The translations under genes and the position numbers were made by a program. Below, in pieces: positions 1 through 11,964 of a DNA stretch of 64,000 nt; position 1 is the first letter of the stretch, and each line of letters begins with the position of its first letter. Source of the stretch: an uncultured Clostridia bacterium (lineage in GTDB: Bacteria > Bacillota > Clostridia > TANB77 > CAG-508); the NCBI GenBank assembly GCA_934133165.1, contig CAKPAW010000002.1:105219-169218 (forward strand), written 5' to 3'. The notes below the pieces were generated by a model. It saw only the letters and a list, made by a program, of their open reading frames with translations, made no database searches and was not told the DNA's origin.

Positions 1-188
1 AAAATAAATTTAATAATTTGAATTTTTTTATTTATAATTATAAAAAATAAATTTTAACTATTAATAAAAAATATAATAAAAAAATTAAAATATTTTGTAA
101 AAAAATGTTTACATTTATCAAAAATATGTATAGAATATTAGGAAGAAAAACAAAAGAAAATATAGAAGAAAGGGGTTAAATATAACCT

Positions 189-1481
189 ATGAAAATATTA
201 ATGCTAACATGGGAATACCCACCAAGAATAGTAGGAGGAATCGCTAGAGTAGTGCATGATTTATCAAAAAGATTAATAAAAGATGGTCATGACGTTACCG
301 TAGTTACTTATCGAGAAGGAGAATTACCTTATTATGAAAATGATAAGGGGGTAGAAGTATATAGAGTAGATAACTATATGATTACTCCAAACAATTTTAT
401 AGATTGGATAATGCAATTGAATTTCAATTTAGTAGCAAAAGCATCAGAATTAATAGCTAAAGAAGGAAATTTTGATGTAATACATGCACATGATTGGTTA
501 GTTGCAAATGCAGCAAAAACATTGAAACATGCATATAATATTCCACTTGTTTCAACAATACATGCAACAGAAAGTGGAAGAAATAGCGGAATACATGATG
601 AAACACAAAGATATATAAATGATACAGAGTGGATGCTTACATATGAATCTACAGAAGTAATAGTAAATAGCAACTTTATGAAAGGACACATCCAAGGACT
701 ATTTGGACTTCCTTTTGACAAAATAAATGTAATACCAAATGGAATTAATTTAACAAACTTTAATGGTATAGAAAGAGATTATGAATTTAGAAGACAATAT
801 GCTTTAGATAATGAAAAAATTATTCTTTATATGGGAAGACTAGTATATGAAAAAGGAATACAACATTTAATAGCAGCAATGCCAAAAATATTAGATAACT
901 ATCATGATGCTAAATTAATAATAGCAGGAAAAGGTGGAATGATAGATGAACTAAAAGCACAAGTAGAATATATGGGAATATCAAATAAAGTATATTTCAC
1001 AGGTTATTTAGATGCTAAACAAGTTCAAAAAATGTATAAATGTGCTGATGTTGCAGTATTTCCAAGTACATATGAGCCATTTGGAATAGTAGCATTAGAA
1101 GCAATGCTTGCAGGAGTACCAACAGTTGTATCAGATGTTGGTGGACTAAATGAAATAGTAGAACATGGTGTAACAGGAATGAAGAGCTATGCAGGAAATA
1201 GCAATTCAATAGCAGATTCAATATTAACATTATTATATGACCACGCATTAGCAGCAAATGTAGCTAAAAATGCAAAAGCAAAAGTAAAAGAATTATATAA
1301 CTGGAACAAAATAGCACAAGATACACATTTTACATACCAAAAAGCAATATGCCAAACAATGGCAGAAAAACAAGCAAATCAAATAGCACAAGAAAATGCT
1401 AAAAAGGCTAAAAAAGCTAAAAATAATGATACAGAAATAACAAATTTACTAGCTTTCAAGAAAAAACATGCTTATGCATAA
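189..1481 (+). CDS. GT4-family (group 1) glycosyltransferase
   Basis: 430-aa ORF. The N-terminus MKILMLTWEYPPRIVGGIARVV and the C-terminal FPSTYEPFGIVALEAMLAGVP block are typical of GT-B group-1 glycosyltransferases. Confidence 0.8.
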   Translation: MKILMLTWEYPPRIVGGIARVVHDLSKRLIKDGHDVTVVTYREGELPYYENDKGVEVYRVDNYMITPNNFIDWIMQLNFNLVAKASELIAKEGNFDVIHAHDWLVANAAKTLKHAYNIPLVSTIHATESGRNSGIHDETQRYINDTEWMLTYESTEVIVNSNFMKGHIQGLFGLPFDKINVIPNGINLTNFNGIERDYEFRRQYALDNEKIILYMGRLVYEKGIQHLIAAMPKILDNYHDAKLIIAGKGGMIDELKAQVEYMGISNKVYFTGYLDAKQVQKMYKCADVAVFPSTYEPFGIVALEAMLAGVPTVVSDVGGLNEIVEHGVTGMKSYAGNSNSIADSILTLLYDHALAANVAKNAKAKVKELYNWNKIAQDTHFTYQKAICQTMAEKQANQIAQENAKKAKKAKNNDTEITNLLAFKKKHAYA

Positions 1482-1512
1482 AAAGTTATTAATTAAGAAA
1501 AGAGGAAATCTA

Positions 1513-1845
1513 ATGAACGTATATGATACTGCAAATAAATTAGCAGGAGAAATAAAAACTTCAGAAGAATACTTAAAATATAAAGAAGCTAAAAAAAGTT
1601 TAGATTCTAATGTAGAATTAAAGAAAAAAGTAGAAGATTTCGAAAAATTGCGTTATGAAGTACAACTTTTAGCAATGCAAGGAAAAGAAGTTGAAGAAGA
1701 TAAAAATAAGAAATTACAAGAAATGTATACTATACTAATTCAAAATAAAGAAATAAAAGAATATTTTGATTTAGAAGTGAAATTTAATGTAATGATAGCA
1801 GATGTAAATAAAATAATTGCAGAGTCAGTAAAAGATGTATTGTAA
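1513..1845 (+). CDS. YlbF/YmcA-like regulatory protein
   Basis: Internal ATG at 1513 follows the RBS agaggaaa. The ~110-aa helical protein starts MNVYDTANKLAGEIKTSEEYLKYKEAKK, resembling the YlbF family. Confidence 0.55.
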   Translation: MNVYDTANKLAGEIKTSEEYLKYKEAKKSLDSNVELKKKVEDFEKLRYEVQLLAMQGKEVEEDKNKKLQEMYTILIQNKEIKEYFDLEVKFNVMIADVNKIIAESVKDVL

Positions 1846-1850
1846 TGTCG

Positions 1851-1892
1851 AAAAAAGTCGTAAATGGTAAAATATCATTTACGACTTTTTTG
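1851..1892 (+). terminator. Rho-independent terminator
   Basis: Perfect stem aaaaaagtcgtaaatg / catttacgactttttt followed by a T run, just after the stop at 1845. Confidence 0.7.
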
Positions 1893-1921
1893 TATATATA
1901 AAATAATAAAAGGAGAAAAAT

Positions 1922-2632
1922 ATGGAATTAATAGTAGTGTTAATAGTTTTAGTAATTATTTTAATAATAGGTGTATTTATTTTTGAAATTAATATAAAAA
2001 AGTTAAAAGAAGCGGGAAATAATAAAGAATGTGATGAAATTGTTTCTAAGTTCCCAGAAAATAAAAAAATTTGTGAAGAAATCCTAGAAAAATTAGATAA
2101 TAAAAAGGTAAAAATAAAAGAAAACGATGATAAAACAGCAAGTTTATATATTGCAATTACAGATACTATTTTTATTGCTAACATAAGTAAAACATATACA
2201 AGAATTCAAACAATTGCACATGAATGTCTACATTCTATACAAAATAAGAAGATGTTAATATTCAATTATATATTCTCTAATATATACATATTATATTTTA
2301 TCTTAAGCATAGTATTAACAATTTTTAATGTATTTAAAAACTATGAATTACAAATAATTATTTTAAGCGTTTTTGGTTTTTTATATTATGCGGTAAGGGC
2401 ATATTTAGAAACAGATGCTATGACAAAAGCAAAATATTTAGCAGAAGAGTATATGAAAAGCTATAGTGAAAAAAATAATATTTGTGAGAAAGAAGAAATA
2501 GAAAAGGTAGTAAATGAATATAAAAAAATAAATGAAATAGGAATTCCAGCTACAAATTATATTTTGTTTGCAAATTGCGTAGCAAAAGTAATAATATATA
2601 TTGTTGTTGCTATATGTAAAACATTTTTTTAG
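1922..2632 (+). CDS. Membrane protein with HExxH motif (putative zinc metallopeptidase)
   Basis: 236-aa ORF with an N-terminal TM segment, IAHECLHSIQ (HExxH) and further hydrophobic segments. Confidence 0.5.
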   Translation: MELIVVLIVLVIILIIGVFIFEINIKKLKEAGNNKECDEIVSKFPENKKICEEILEKLDNKKVKIKENDDKTASLYIAITDTIFIANISKTYTRIQTIAHECLHSIQNKKMLIFNYIFSNIYILYFILSIVLTIFNVFKNYELQIIILSVFGFLYYAVRAYLETDAMTKAKYLAEEYMKSYSEKNNICEKEEIEKVVNEYKKINEIGIPATNYILFANCVAKVIIYIVVAICKTFF

Positions 2633-2786
2633 AAAATATGCCAATAAATTTAATATATAAAGTAAACATAAAATGTAAAAATTGTGTAGAAAAATATAGC
2701 ATTTTTAATTTAACTATGGTATACTTATAAAGTATATAAAATGAGAAACATATAAATAAGTTAAAAATATCATAGGGGGAATAATT

Positions 2787-3794
2787 ATGGCAGATAAAAA
2801 ACGTATATTAACAGGAGATAGACCAACAGGAAGATTACATATAGGTCATTATTTTGGTTCATTAAAAAAGAGAGTAGAAATGCAAAATTCAGGATTATAT
2901 GATCCATATATATTAATAGCTGATGTTCAAGCATTAACAGATAATTTTAACAATCCAGATAAAGTAAGAAAAAATGTAAGAGAAGTAGCAATGGATTATT
3001 TAGCATGTGGAATAGATCCAGAAAAAACAACGATATATATTCAATCAATGATACCAGAAGTTGCAGAACTTACAGTATTTTATTCAAATTTAGTAACAAT
3101 AGCAAGACTTCAAAGAAATCCAACAGTAAAAACGGAGATAGCTCAAAAAAAAGATTTATTTGGAGAAAGTGTTACATATGGATTTTTAGGATACCCTGTA
3201 AGTCAAGCAGCAGATATAACATGTTTTGAAGGAGAATTAGTACCAGTAGGAGAAGATCAACTTCCATTAATTGAACAATGTAGAGAAATAGTAAGAAAAT
3301 TTAACTCAATATATGGTGAAACTTTAGTAGAACCAGAACCAGTGCTATCAAGTGCTGGAAGAATAAAAGGTTTAGACGGAAATGAAAAAATGGGTAAATC
3401 TTTAGGAAATGCAATATATTTATCAGATTCAGAAGAAGAAATAACTAAAAAAGTAATGAGTGCAGTAACAGACCCAGGAAGAATAAGAAAAGACGATAAA
3501 GGAAACCCAGATGTATGTATGGTATATTATTATCATAAATTATTTAGCTCAGAAGAAGAAGTAAACACAGTATGTTCTGAATGTAAAGCAGGAGCTAGAG
3601 GATGTGTAGCATGTAAAAGACAACTTGCTAAAAATATATCAGACACATTAAAACCAATAAGAGAAAAAAGAGAATATTATGAAGAACACCCAGAAATAGT
3701 AGATAAAATATTAATGGAGGGAACTTTAAAAGCTCAAAAAACAGCAAAAGAAACAATGAAAAAAGTAAAGAAAGCAATGAGACTAGATTATTAA
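2787..3794 (+). CDS. trpS: Tryptophan--tRNA ligase
   Basis: 335 aa. HIGH-type motif TGRLHIGHYFG and KMSKS-type motif EKMGKSLGN; overall class I TrpRS layout. Confidence 0.93.
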   Translation: MADKKRILTGDRPTGRLHIGHYFGSLKKRVEMQNSGLYDPYILIADVQALTDNFNNPDKVRKNVREVAMDYLACGIDPEKTTIYIQSMIPEVAELTVFYSNLVTIARLQRNPTVKTEIAQKKDLFGESVTYGFLGYPVSQAADITCFEGELVPVGEDQLPLIEQCREIVRKFNSIYGETLVEPEPVLSSAGRIKGLDGNEKMGKSLGNAIYLSDSEEEITKKVMSAVTDPGRIRKDDKGNPDVCMVYYYHKLFSSEEEVNTVCSECKAGARGCVACKRQLAKNISDTLKPIREKREYYEEHPEIVDKILMEGTLKAQKTAKETMKKVKKAMRLDY

Positions 3795-3840
3795 AGGACA
3801 TTTGGGGACGGGGCAATTTTGTCCTGAGTAAGGAGAAAAA

Positions 3841-5450
<1,610 letters not shown>

Positions 5451-5492
5451 TGAAAGGCAGAAAATGAAGCAAAATAAATTGTAAAGTTTACT

Positions 5493-6026
5493 TCATTTTC
5501 TGCCATTTTGTAATTTTATAATAAAATCATCAATTTGTGAATAATTAGCGATTAAATATAACCTTAAGTCATGTCTTTTCATAATAGTGGATATTATTTT
5601 TGGCCTTTTGCTAATATTAAAAAGTAAAGTTTTAATAAAAAAAGTAAAAGAAATCTTTTCTTCACAATTTTTCATATCTTTTATGCATTTTTTGAAAGAG
5701 GAAAAGAAACGTTTGAATATGCCAAATAGTTGCAAATGTAATGGAAAGTCTAAAAAAATTACTATATTAGCTTTACTTAAAATAATTTCTAAATTTCTTA
5801 AATGATTTCCTTCTATAATCCATTTATCAGTATTTGTGATTTTATAGATTTCATCGTCTATGTCTTTTCTTTTTTTAGGAATCCAATTTTTATAAAATTT
5901 AATATTATCTATAGAAAAGTAAGAGATAGACAAGATACTACTTATTTTTTTAGATAATGTAGTTTTACCTGTTCCAGGACCTCCTATAACTACAATTTTG
6001 TTAATATTTTCTAACATAAAATCCAT
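5493..6026 (-). CDS. P-loop NTPase, adenylate-kinase/topology-modulation-like
   Basis: 177 aa with Walker A VIGGPGTGKTTLSKK near the N-terminus; short single-domain kinase-like protein. Confidence 0.55.
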   Translation of the reverse strand: MDFMLENINKIVVIGGPGTGKTTLSKKISSILSISYFSIDNIKFYKNWIPKKRKDIDDEIYKITNTDKWIIEGNHLRNLEIILSKANIVIFLDFPLHLQLFGIFKRFFSSFKKCIKDMKNCEEKISFTFFIKTLLFNISKRPKIISTIMKRHDLRLYLIANYSQIDDFIIKLQNGRK

Positions 6027-6085
6027 CCTAACCTATTTAAAAGTTTATATAATATATGCTAGAAAATAAAAAAAGTGAAAAATTA

Positions 6086-6124
6086 AAACTTTTGTTTGAC
6101 ATTCTTTTGTTTGTATGATATGAT
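6086..6124 (+). promoter_or_regulatory. Putative lexA promoter with degenerate SOS-box-like palindrome
   Basis: TTGACA (6096-6101), 17-nt spacer, TATGAT (6119-6124). The palindrome AAAC-TTTT-GTTT (6086-6097) overlaps the -35 and resembles a weakened GAAC-N4-GTTC Firmicute LexA box. Confidence 0.35.
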
Positions 6125-6153
6125 ATAGAAAATTAAAATTAGGAGTGATGTAA

Positions 6154-6810
6154 ATGAAGGCAAAGAAAGATCCTATGCAATTAAATAGAAGAGAAAAATC
6201 AATATTAAATTTTATTGAAAAACAAGTTAACGAGAAGGGATATCCACCATCAGTTAGAGAAATAGGAAAAGCTGTTGGTTTAAGTTCAACAGCAACAGTA
6301 CATGGATATTTAGCTAAACTTGCTGAAAAAGGTTATATTAAGAAAGAAGACCAAAAAGGAAGAACACTTCGTCTATTAAAAGGAGCAGACAATAAAGAAA
6401 AAGTAAAAGAAGATAAAAACTTCTATTCAGGCAGAGAAATGGTAGAAGTACCAGTTATAGGTAAAATAACAGCAGGTGAACCAATTTTAGCCGTAGAAAA
6501 TATTACAGATACTTTCCCAATTCCAATAGATTTTGTTGGAAATTCAGAAAGCTTTATGCTTACAGTTCGTGGAGAAAGTATGATAGAAGCTGGAATTTTA
6601 AATGGTGACTATATTTTAGTAAAAAAACAAAATGTAGCTAATAACGGAGAAATAGTAGTAGCTCTAATCGGAGATGAAGCAACAGTAAAAACATTTTATA
6701 AAGAGAAAGATCATATTCGTTTACAACCAGAAAATAGCACAATGGATCCGATAATAGTTCCAAATTGTGAAATTTTAGGAAAAGTAGCTGGTGTATTTAG
6801 AAAAATGTAA
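6154..6810 (+). CDS. lexA: LexA repressor
   Basis: N-terminal winged HTH ([25 protein letters not shown]), cleavage region [10 protein letters not shown], and S24 peptidase core VRGESM...[13 protein letters not shown]. Confidence 0.95.
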   Translation: MKAKKDPMQLNRREKSILNFIEKQVNEKGYPPSVREIGKAVGLSSTATVHGYLAKLAEKGYIKKEDQKGRTLRLLKGADNKEKVKEDKNFYSGREMVEVPVIGKITAGEPILAVENITDTFPIPIDFVGNSESFMLTVRGESMIEAGILNGDYILVKKQNVANNGEIVVALIGDEATVKTFYKEKDHIRLQPENSTMDPIIVPNCEILGKVAGVFRKM

Positions 6811-6837
6811 AAATAAAATAGAATGGAGAATAAAAAA

Positions 6838-7329
6838 ATGGCAAGAATGAAAACATTTTTTATCTATTTATTATTAGTGTTTTTGTTTTTTATATTTTCA
6901 CAATTTATGATATATATTGCAATAAATACAACATATAAATATAAAAGTGTGGAAATATTAACAACAATTCCAGTAGAAGCAGAAGTAGAAGCAACGTCTA
7001 TAAATGGAAAAGCAAAAGTAAAAATTACAAATAATGCAGAAACAACTATAGAAAATAAGTACATAGAAGTAGCATGTTATTCTAAGCATGATGTTTTAAT
7101 GGGAACAAAATATATAAAAATAGATAAAATAGAAGCAAAAGAAGAAAAAGAATTTGAAGTTCGTTTTAATTATAATAGAGTAGATAAAGCAGTTATAAAT
7201 ATAGTAGATGAAAAAACACTTGAAGAAAATAATGTAAAAGAGGAAGATAAACTATCTGACAAAGAAAGAGGCTTAGCTGAAATGATATCAGCATTAATAT
7301 TACTTTATTTAGGATTAGGATTTATTTAA
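6838..7329 (+). CDS. Membrane-anchored hypothetical protein
   Basis: ATG at 6838 has the better RBS (ggaga, 9 nt upstream). TM segments at both N- and C-termini; no recognisable family. Confidence 0.4.
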   Translation: MARMKTFFIYLLLVFLFFIFSQFMIYIAINTTYKYKSVEILTTIPVEAEVEATSINGKAKVKITNNAETTIENKYIEVACYSKHDVLMGTKYIKIDKIEAKEEKEFEVRFNYNRVDKAVINIVDEKTLEENNVKEEDKLSDKERGLAEMISALILLYLGLGFI

Positions 7330-7475
7330 ATAAAAATAGGATTTTTTTAAGTTTTAAAGTTTCATTTTAATAGATATATATTATAAAGTTTTTAATACAA
7401 AAATAAGAGTTTGTATAATTAAAATATATACAAATTCTTATTTTTTTATATAATAGGAAAGTCATGCTGACTTTT

Positions 7476-7614
7476 CTATTATATAAAATATTGCACAGAA
7501 AATTTATTTCATAAATTTTCGCGCACGAACAAATTTACTGAAAAATTCAATTTTTTTGAGTAGGATAAAAAAGTAGAGTTAAGACTGAAAATTGAAAATT
7601 TTCAGATTTGTTCT
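7476..7614 (+). repeat. Intergenic repeat family B, copy 1 (139 bp)
   Basis: About 96% identical (by hand, 6 mismatches) to the reverse complement of 18832-18970. Contains the hairpin ctgaaaatt-ttc-aattttcag. Confidence 0.85.
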
Positions 7615-7767
7615 TTAAGAAAAAAATATAATATACTATTAAAAGATATAAAAAATACAAAATTAAAAAAAAGCATTGCTATTTCAAAAAAAACGTAATA
7701 TAATTGTAACAGATTTGTAATAAAAAAGAAATAAAGGTGAACAATATATACTGAAAGGAAGATGCAA

Positions 7768-8769
7768 ATGTTTGGATTTGGACAAGATATAGGAATAGAT
7801 TTAGGAACAGCAACTGTAATAGCATATGTAAAAGGAAAAGGAATAGTACTTCGTGAACCATCAGTCGTAGCAGTAGATAACAATACAGGAAATGTATTAG
7901 CAGTAGGAAAAGAAGCAAGAAGGATGCTTGGAAGAACCCCAGGTAATATAGTAGCTACAAGACCTTTAAGAGAAGGAGTTATTTCAAGCTATACAGAAAC
8001 TGAAAAAATGTTAAAATATTTTATAAGCAAAGTATGTGGAAAATTTGTATTTGCACCAAGAATAATGATATGTATTCCTTCAAGAGTAACAGAGGTAGAA
8101 AAAAAGGCTGTAATAGATGCAGCATCACAAGCAGGGGCAAGAAAAGTATATTTAATAGAAGAACCAATAGCAGCAGCTATAGGTGCTGGAATAGACATTT
8201 CAAAACCATGCGGAAATATGGTAGTAGATATTGGTGGAGGAACAACGGATATAGCAGTTATTTCTTTAGGAGGTAGTGTTGTAAGTACTTCTTTAAAAGT
8301 TGCAGGAGATAAATTTGATGAGTATATTGTAAAATATATAAAGAAAAAACATAATGTTATGATAGGAGAAAGAACAGCAGAAGATTTAAAAATAAATGTA
8401 GGTTGTGTATATCCTAAAATACAAGATACAGAAATGGAAGTAAGAGGAAGAGATTTAATAACTGGTCTTCCAAAAACAATAACTATACATTCAAGTGAAA
8501 TGCTTGAAGCATTAATGGAACCTGCAATGATGATAGTAGATGCAGTTCATTCAGTGCTAGAAAAAACACCACCAGAACTTGCAGCTGATATTAGTGATAG
8601 AGGAATATATATGACAGGTGGAGGATGTTTAGTAGATGGACTAGATAAATTGCTACAAGAAAAAACAGGAATAAATGTAATGATAGCACAAGATGCAGTG
8701 TCATGTGTTGCTTTAGGTACAGGAAAAGCACTAGATAATTTAGACACATTAGATGGAAAGAGAAAATAA
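7768..8769 (+). CDS. mreB: Rod-shape-determining protein MreB/Mbl
   Basis: MFGFGQDIGIDLGTA, DIGGGTTD and the actin-like ATPase layout. The second ATG (7768) has proper RBS spacing (aggaag, 7 nt). Confidence 0.9.
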   Translation: MFGFGQDIGIDLGTATVIAYVKGKGIVLREPSVVAVDNNTGNVLAVGKEARRMLGRTPGNIVATRPLREGVISSYTETEKMLKYFISKVCGKFVFAPRIMICIPSRVTEVEKKAVIDAASQAGARKVYLIEEPIAAAIGAGIDISKPCGNMVVDIGGGTTDIAVISLGGSVVSTSLKVAGDKFDEYIVKYIKKKHNVMIGERTAEDLKINVGCVYPKIQDTEMEVRGRDLITGLPKTITIHSSEMLEALMEPAMMIVDAVHSVLEKTPPELAADISDRGIYMTGGGCLVDGLDKLLQEKTGINVMIAQDAVSCVALGTGKALDNLDTLDGKRK

Positions 8770-8833
8770 CTTGAAAAATTATGTAAATAGTGATATAATT
8801 CATATATTAATAATCCTAAAGGAGGATAAATAT

Positions 8834-8938
8834 ATGAAATGCAATTTAAAATCAGGAATTGATGAAGTTTGCTACAAGTATGAAAAATGTTCCCGAGGGA
8901 ATTCGGGGAAAACTAAAAAAAGAAAGAGAAACAGATAA
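8834..8938 (+). CDS. Possible 34-aa Cys-containing, strongly basic small protein
   Basis: Strong RBS aaaggagg 8 nt upstream of ATG. Sequence MKCNLKSGIDEVCYKYEKCSRGNSGKTKKRKRNR. No family recognised, so it may not be expressed. Confidence 0.25.
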   Translation: MKCNLKSGIDEVCYKYEKCSRGNSGKTKKRKRNR

Positions 8939-9014
8939 AAACAAAGAAAAAATCTAATGAGAAAATAGGAGGATAAAAAAGATGTTACTTAAAAGTAGCA
9001 AAAAAATCCTCCTA

Positions 9015-9132
9015 TTTTTTATATAGTAGGAAAGTTCTCCTTGTAGGAGAACTTTCTGTACTAGATAAATATGGCGAACCTTAGATTTTCTTAAAATTTG
9101 CATTTGATAGAAAATCTTAGGCTCGCTTTTTT
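9015..9132 (+). repeat. Intergenic repeat family A, copy 1 (118 bp, two long hairpins)
   Basis: Reverse complement matches 15753-15870 with 2 mismatches. Contains the stems aggaaagttctcc/ggagaactttct and gcgaaccttagattttc/gaaaatcttaggctcgc. Confidence 0.9.
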
Positions 9133-9155
9133 ATATTCTAGGAAATTTAATAATA

Positions 9156-9217
9156 TATTTGAACATGTAGTCAAATAGCAAAATTTACTTGCAAAAAAGA
9201 GAAGAAGATTATATAAT
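9156..9217 (+). promoter_or_regulatory. Putative TetR operator plus promoter
   Basis: 7-bp inverted repeat TATTTGA (9156-9162) / TCAAATA (9171-9177). Then TTGCAA (9189-9194), 17-nt spacer, TATAAT (9212-9217), upstream of the TetR gene. Confidence 0.45.
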
Positions 9218-9247
9218 AATAAAAGATTTTTATGTGAGGGTGAAAAA

Positions 9248-9823
9248 ATGAATAAAACAAAAAGAAAAATATTTGAAACCTCGATGAAGTTATTTGCAGA
9301 AAAAGGTTATGATGCTACAAGCATAGAAGAAATAACAGCAACTGTAGGAGTTGCAAAGGGAACTTTATATTATCACTTTTCTAGTAAGGAAGAAATATTT
9401 AAATTCTTAGTAGAAGAAGGTGTAAAACTTTTAAAAAATAGTATAGAAATAAAAACAGACAAATTGACTAATTCTATAGATAAAATAAAAGCAATAATAT
9501 TAATACAAATAAAAGTATTAGTTAAATATGAAAATTTTATAACTATTATATTAAGTGAAATATGGGGTACTAGTGAACGCTCAAAAATGTGTCGTAATAT
9601 AGTGTTTGAATATATAGAAATGATAGAAAAAATAGTAAAAGAAGGAATAGAAAAAGGTGAAATAAGAGAACTAGACTCGAATGTAGTAGCTTCTGGAATA
9701 TTTGGTTTTGTTTTTTCAAGTTTAATATATAAATTAAGAAACAATGAAGAGATAGAAGTTATAGAGTTATATAAAGAGATGGAAAAAACTTTTATTACAA
9801 AATTACAAAAAAAGGAGAAGTAA
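9248..9823 (+). CDS. TetR/AcrR-family transcriptional regulator
   Basis: N-terminal HTH KRKIFETSMKLFAEKGYDATSIEEITATVGVAKGTLYYHFSSKEEI is a classic TetR_N signature. Confidence 0.88.
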   Translation: MNKTKRKIFETSMKLFAEKGYDATSIEEITATVGVAKGTLYYHFSSKEEIFKFLVEEGVKLLKNSIEIKTDKLTNSIDKIKAIILIQIKVLVKYENFITIILSEIWGTSERSKMCRNIVFEYIEMIEKIVKEGIEKGEIRELDSNVVASGIFGFVFSSLIYKLRNNEEIEVIELYKEMEKTFITKLQKKEK

Positions 9824-9824
9824 A

Positions 9825-11693
9825 ATGAGAATATTAAATGATTTTAAAATACCAAATTTTAAATTTAAAAAAATAAAAATGGAAGATGTAGAAAAAATTG
9901 AAGAAGTAAAAGTAGACTATGAAAGATTGCAAAAAAAACAAGCAATAGCGCAAAAAAGAAAGCAAAGAGGATATGAGACAACAGATTATAAAACAATAAA
10001 AGAAGTATTTGATATGGCAAGAGAAAAATACTCAGACAATATATTTATGCTAGAAAAATTTACATCAAAGGGAGAATTTACAGAAATTACATATAAGGAA
10101 TTTGCAAATGATGTAATAGCATTAGGAACAGCATTAACTAAAAAATATAATCTAAAAGATGAAAGAGTAGTTATTATCGGAGAAAATACATATCATTGGT
10201 ATGTTTCATATATGGCTATGCTTTGTGGCGTTGGAATTGCAGTACCTGTTGATAAAGAATTACCAATAAATGAAATAGAAAATGTTATAAAACGTGCTAG
10301 AGCAACAGCAGTTATATATTCTACCAAAAAAGCAGATGTAATAAAAAAGGTTGAAGATAAACTTCCACAAGTAAAATACTTTATACAAATGAATTCAGAT
10401 GATAAATTAGTTGGAAGAGAAGTAGGATTTAATACAATTATTGAACAAGGAAAGAAAATGATAGAAAAAGGAGATAACTCTTTTACAAAAATAGAAATAG
10501 ATCCAGAAGAATTTAAAGTATTAATATTTACTTCAGGAACTACATCTAACTCAAAAGGTGTAATGTTATGTAATAGAAACTTAGCTCAAAATATTAATGC
10601 TGTAAATCCATATGTAAAAATACATGAAACAGATAGATTCTTTTCTATATTACCTTTACACCATACATATGAATCTACAATAGGGTTCTTACTTCCAGTT
10701 GCAAGAGGTTCTTCTATTGCAGTGTGTCAAGGACTAAAATACATAGTACCTAACTTAAAAGAAACAAAGCCAACAGCATTACTTGCAGTTCCTTTATTAA
10801 TAGAAAATCTTTACAAAAAAATAAACCAAACAATAGATAAAAGTGGAAAGACAGCAATGGTAAACTCAATGATGCAAATAACAAATGCATTAAAAAATGT
10901 TGGAGTAGATATAAAGAAAACGGTATTTAAAGAAATATACGAAAATTTAGGAGGAAAACTAAGATTTGTTGTTTCAGCAGCAGCTCCAATAGATCCAAAA
11001 GTAGGAAAATGGATGCAAGATTTAGGAATAATATTCCTTCAAGGATATGGATTAACAGAAACAGCACCTATAGCAGCACTTACACCACAATATGACACAA
11101 GAGTAGGATCAGCTGGAAAAGCAGTTACTTGTGCAGAGCTTAAAATAGATAATCCAAACGAAAAAGGTGAAGGAGAAGTCTTAATTAAAAGTGAAACATT
11201 AATGCTTGGATATTATGAAGATCAAAAAGCAACAGATGAAGTTATAGAAACAGATGAAGAAGGAAATAGATGGTTCCATTCAGGTGATGTTGGTTATCTA
11301 GATAAAGATGGTTTCCTATATATAACAGGAAGAATTAAAAATGTAATAGTAACTCAAAATGGAAAAAATATTTACCCAGAAGAAATAGAATTAATGTTAG
11401 GTAATATACCAGAAATAAAAGAGTGTATGGTATATGGAAAAGAAATTGAAGGAGAAAAAGAATTAATTATTACTGCAAAAGTAATACCAAATTTAGAAGA
11501 AATTCAAAAAGAACATAAAGGTGAACTAACAGATGAGCAAATTCACGACATCATTTGGGAAAAAATAAAAGAAGTAAATCATAAACTAACATCATATAAA
11601 GCAATAAAGAAACTAGAAATAAAGAAAGATGAATTCGCAAAAACAACTACAATGAAAATTAAAAGATATGTGGAAATAAACAAAGATAAATAG
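9825..11693 (+). CDS. AMP-forming long-chain acyl-CoA synthetase
   Basis: 622 aa. AMP-binding motif FTSGTTSNSKGVML, GYGLTETAP, and the C-terminal TTMKIKR lysine motif. Translationally coupled to the TetR gene. Confidence 0.85.
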   Translation: MRILNDFKIPNFKFKKIKMEDVEKIEEVKVDYERLQKKQAIAQKRKQRGYETTDYKTIKEVFDMAREKYSDNIFMLEKFTSKGEFTEITYKEFANDVIALGTALTKKYNLKDERVVIIGENTYHWYVSYMAMLCGVGIAVPVDKELPINEIENVIKRARATAVIYSTKKADVIKKVEDKLPQVKYFIQMNSDDKLVGREVGFNTIIEQGKKMIEKGDNSFTKIEIDPEEFKVLIFTSGTTSNSKGVMLCNRNLAQNINAVNPYVKIHETDRFFSILPLHHTYESTIGFLLPVARGSSIAVCQGLKYIVPNLKETKPTALLAVPLLIENLYKKINQTIDKSGKTAMVNSMMQITNALKNVGVDIKKTVFKEIYENLGGKLRFVVSAAAPIDPKVGKWMQDLGIIFLQGYGLTETAPIAALTPQYDTRVGSAGKAVTCAELKIDNPNEKGEGEVLIKSETLMLGYYEDQKATDEVIETDEEGNRWFHSGDVGYLDKDGFLYITGRIKNVIVTQNGKNIYPEEIELMLGNIPEIKECMVYGKEIEGEKELIITAKVIPNLEEIQKEHKGELTDEQIHDIIWEKIKEVNHKLTSYKAIKKLEIKKDEFAKTTTMKIKRYVEINKDK

Positions 11694-11964
11694 AAAAATT
11701 ATAATATTTAAATATAAAAATATAATGTCGAAATATAAAAAAGAATAATACTAAAACAGGAAAAAAATTATAATTTAAAAGTAGGAAAAATTTTCTAAAA
11801 TTTAAAAAATATTTACGGAAATAACAATTTTGCTATTGACAGATTACAATATGTTGTATTAAAATAAAAATGAAGTCAAATTATAAAATATTATAATTCC
11901 TATTGTAGTTTTTTGTAGAAAAACATATAATATAGCAATACATAGGAAAAGGGAGGAGTTTACA

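Noticed and set aside
374-721. Numerous antisense or alternative-frame ORFs in the track. Examples are 374-721(-), 1015-1257(-), 3005-3229(+), 8034-8276(+), 24773-25123(-), 30674-31174(-), 30922-31293(+), 45553-45858(-), 50203-50514(-) and 52078-52605(-).
   Set aside because: They lie inside, and out of frame or antisense to, ORFs with clear family signatures. They have low-complexity, Leu/Phe/Ile-rich translations typical of AT-rich shadow ORFs, and they lack an RBS.
2640-2786. A possible T-box leader upstream of trpS.
   Set aside because: The intergenic region is only about 150 nt. It has no specifier-loop, T-box (AGGTGGTACCGCG-like) or antiterminator arrangement that I can find.
3790-3840. 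A G-rich stretch (ggggacggggc) between trpS and the DUF1653 gene as a possible regulatory RNA.
   Set aside because: It forms only a weak ggac...gtcc stem. It is most simply a leaky terminator or spacer, and there is no further support.
8753-8938. The 61-aa ORF from the track downstream of mreB.
   Set aside because: Its start overlaps the mreB stop region without an RBS. The internal ATG at 8834 has a strong RBS, so only the 34-codon version is retained, at low confidence.
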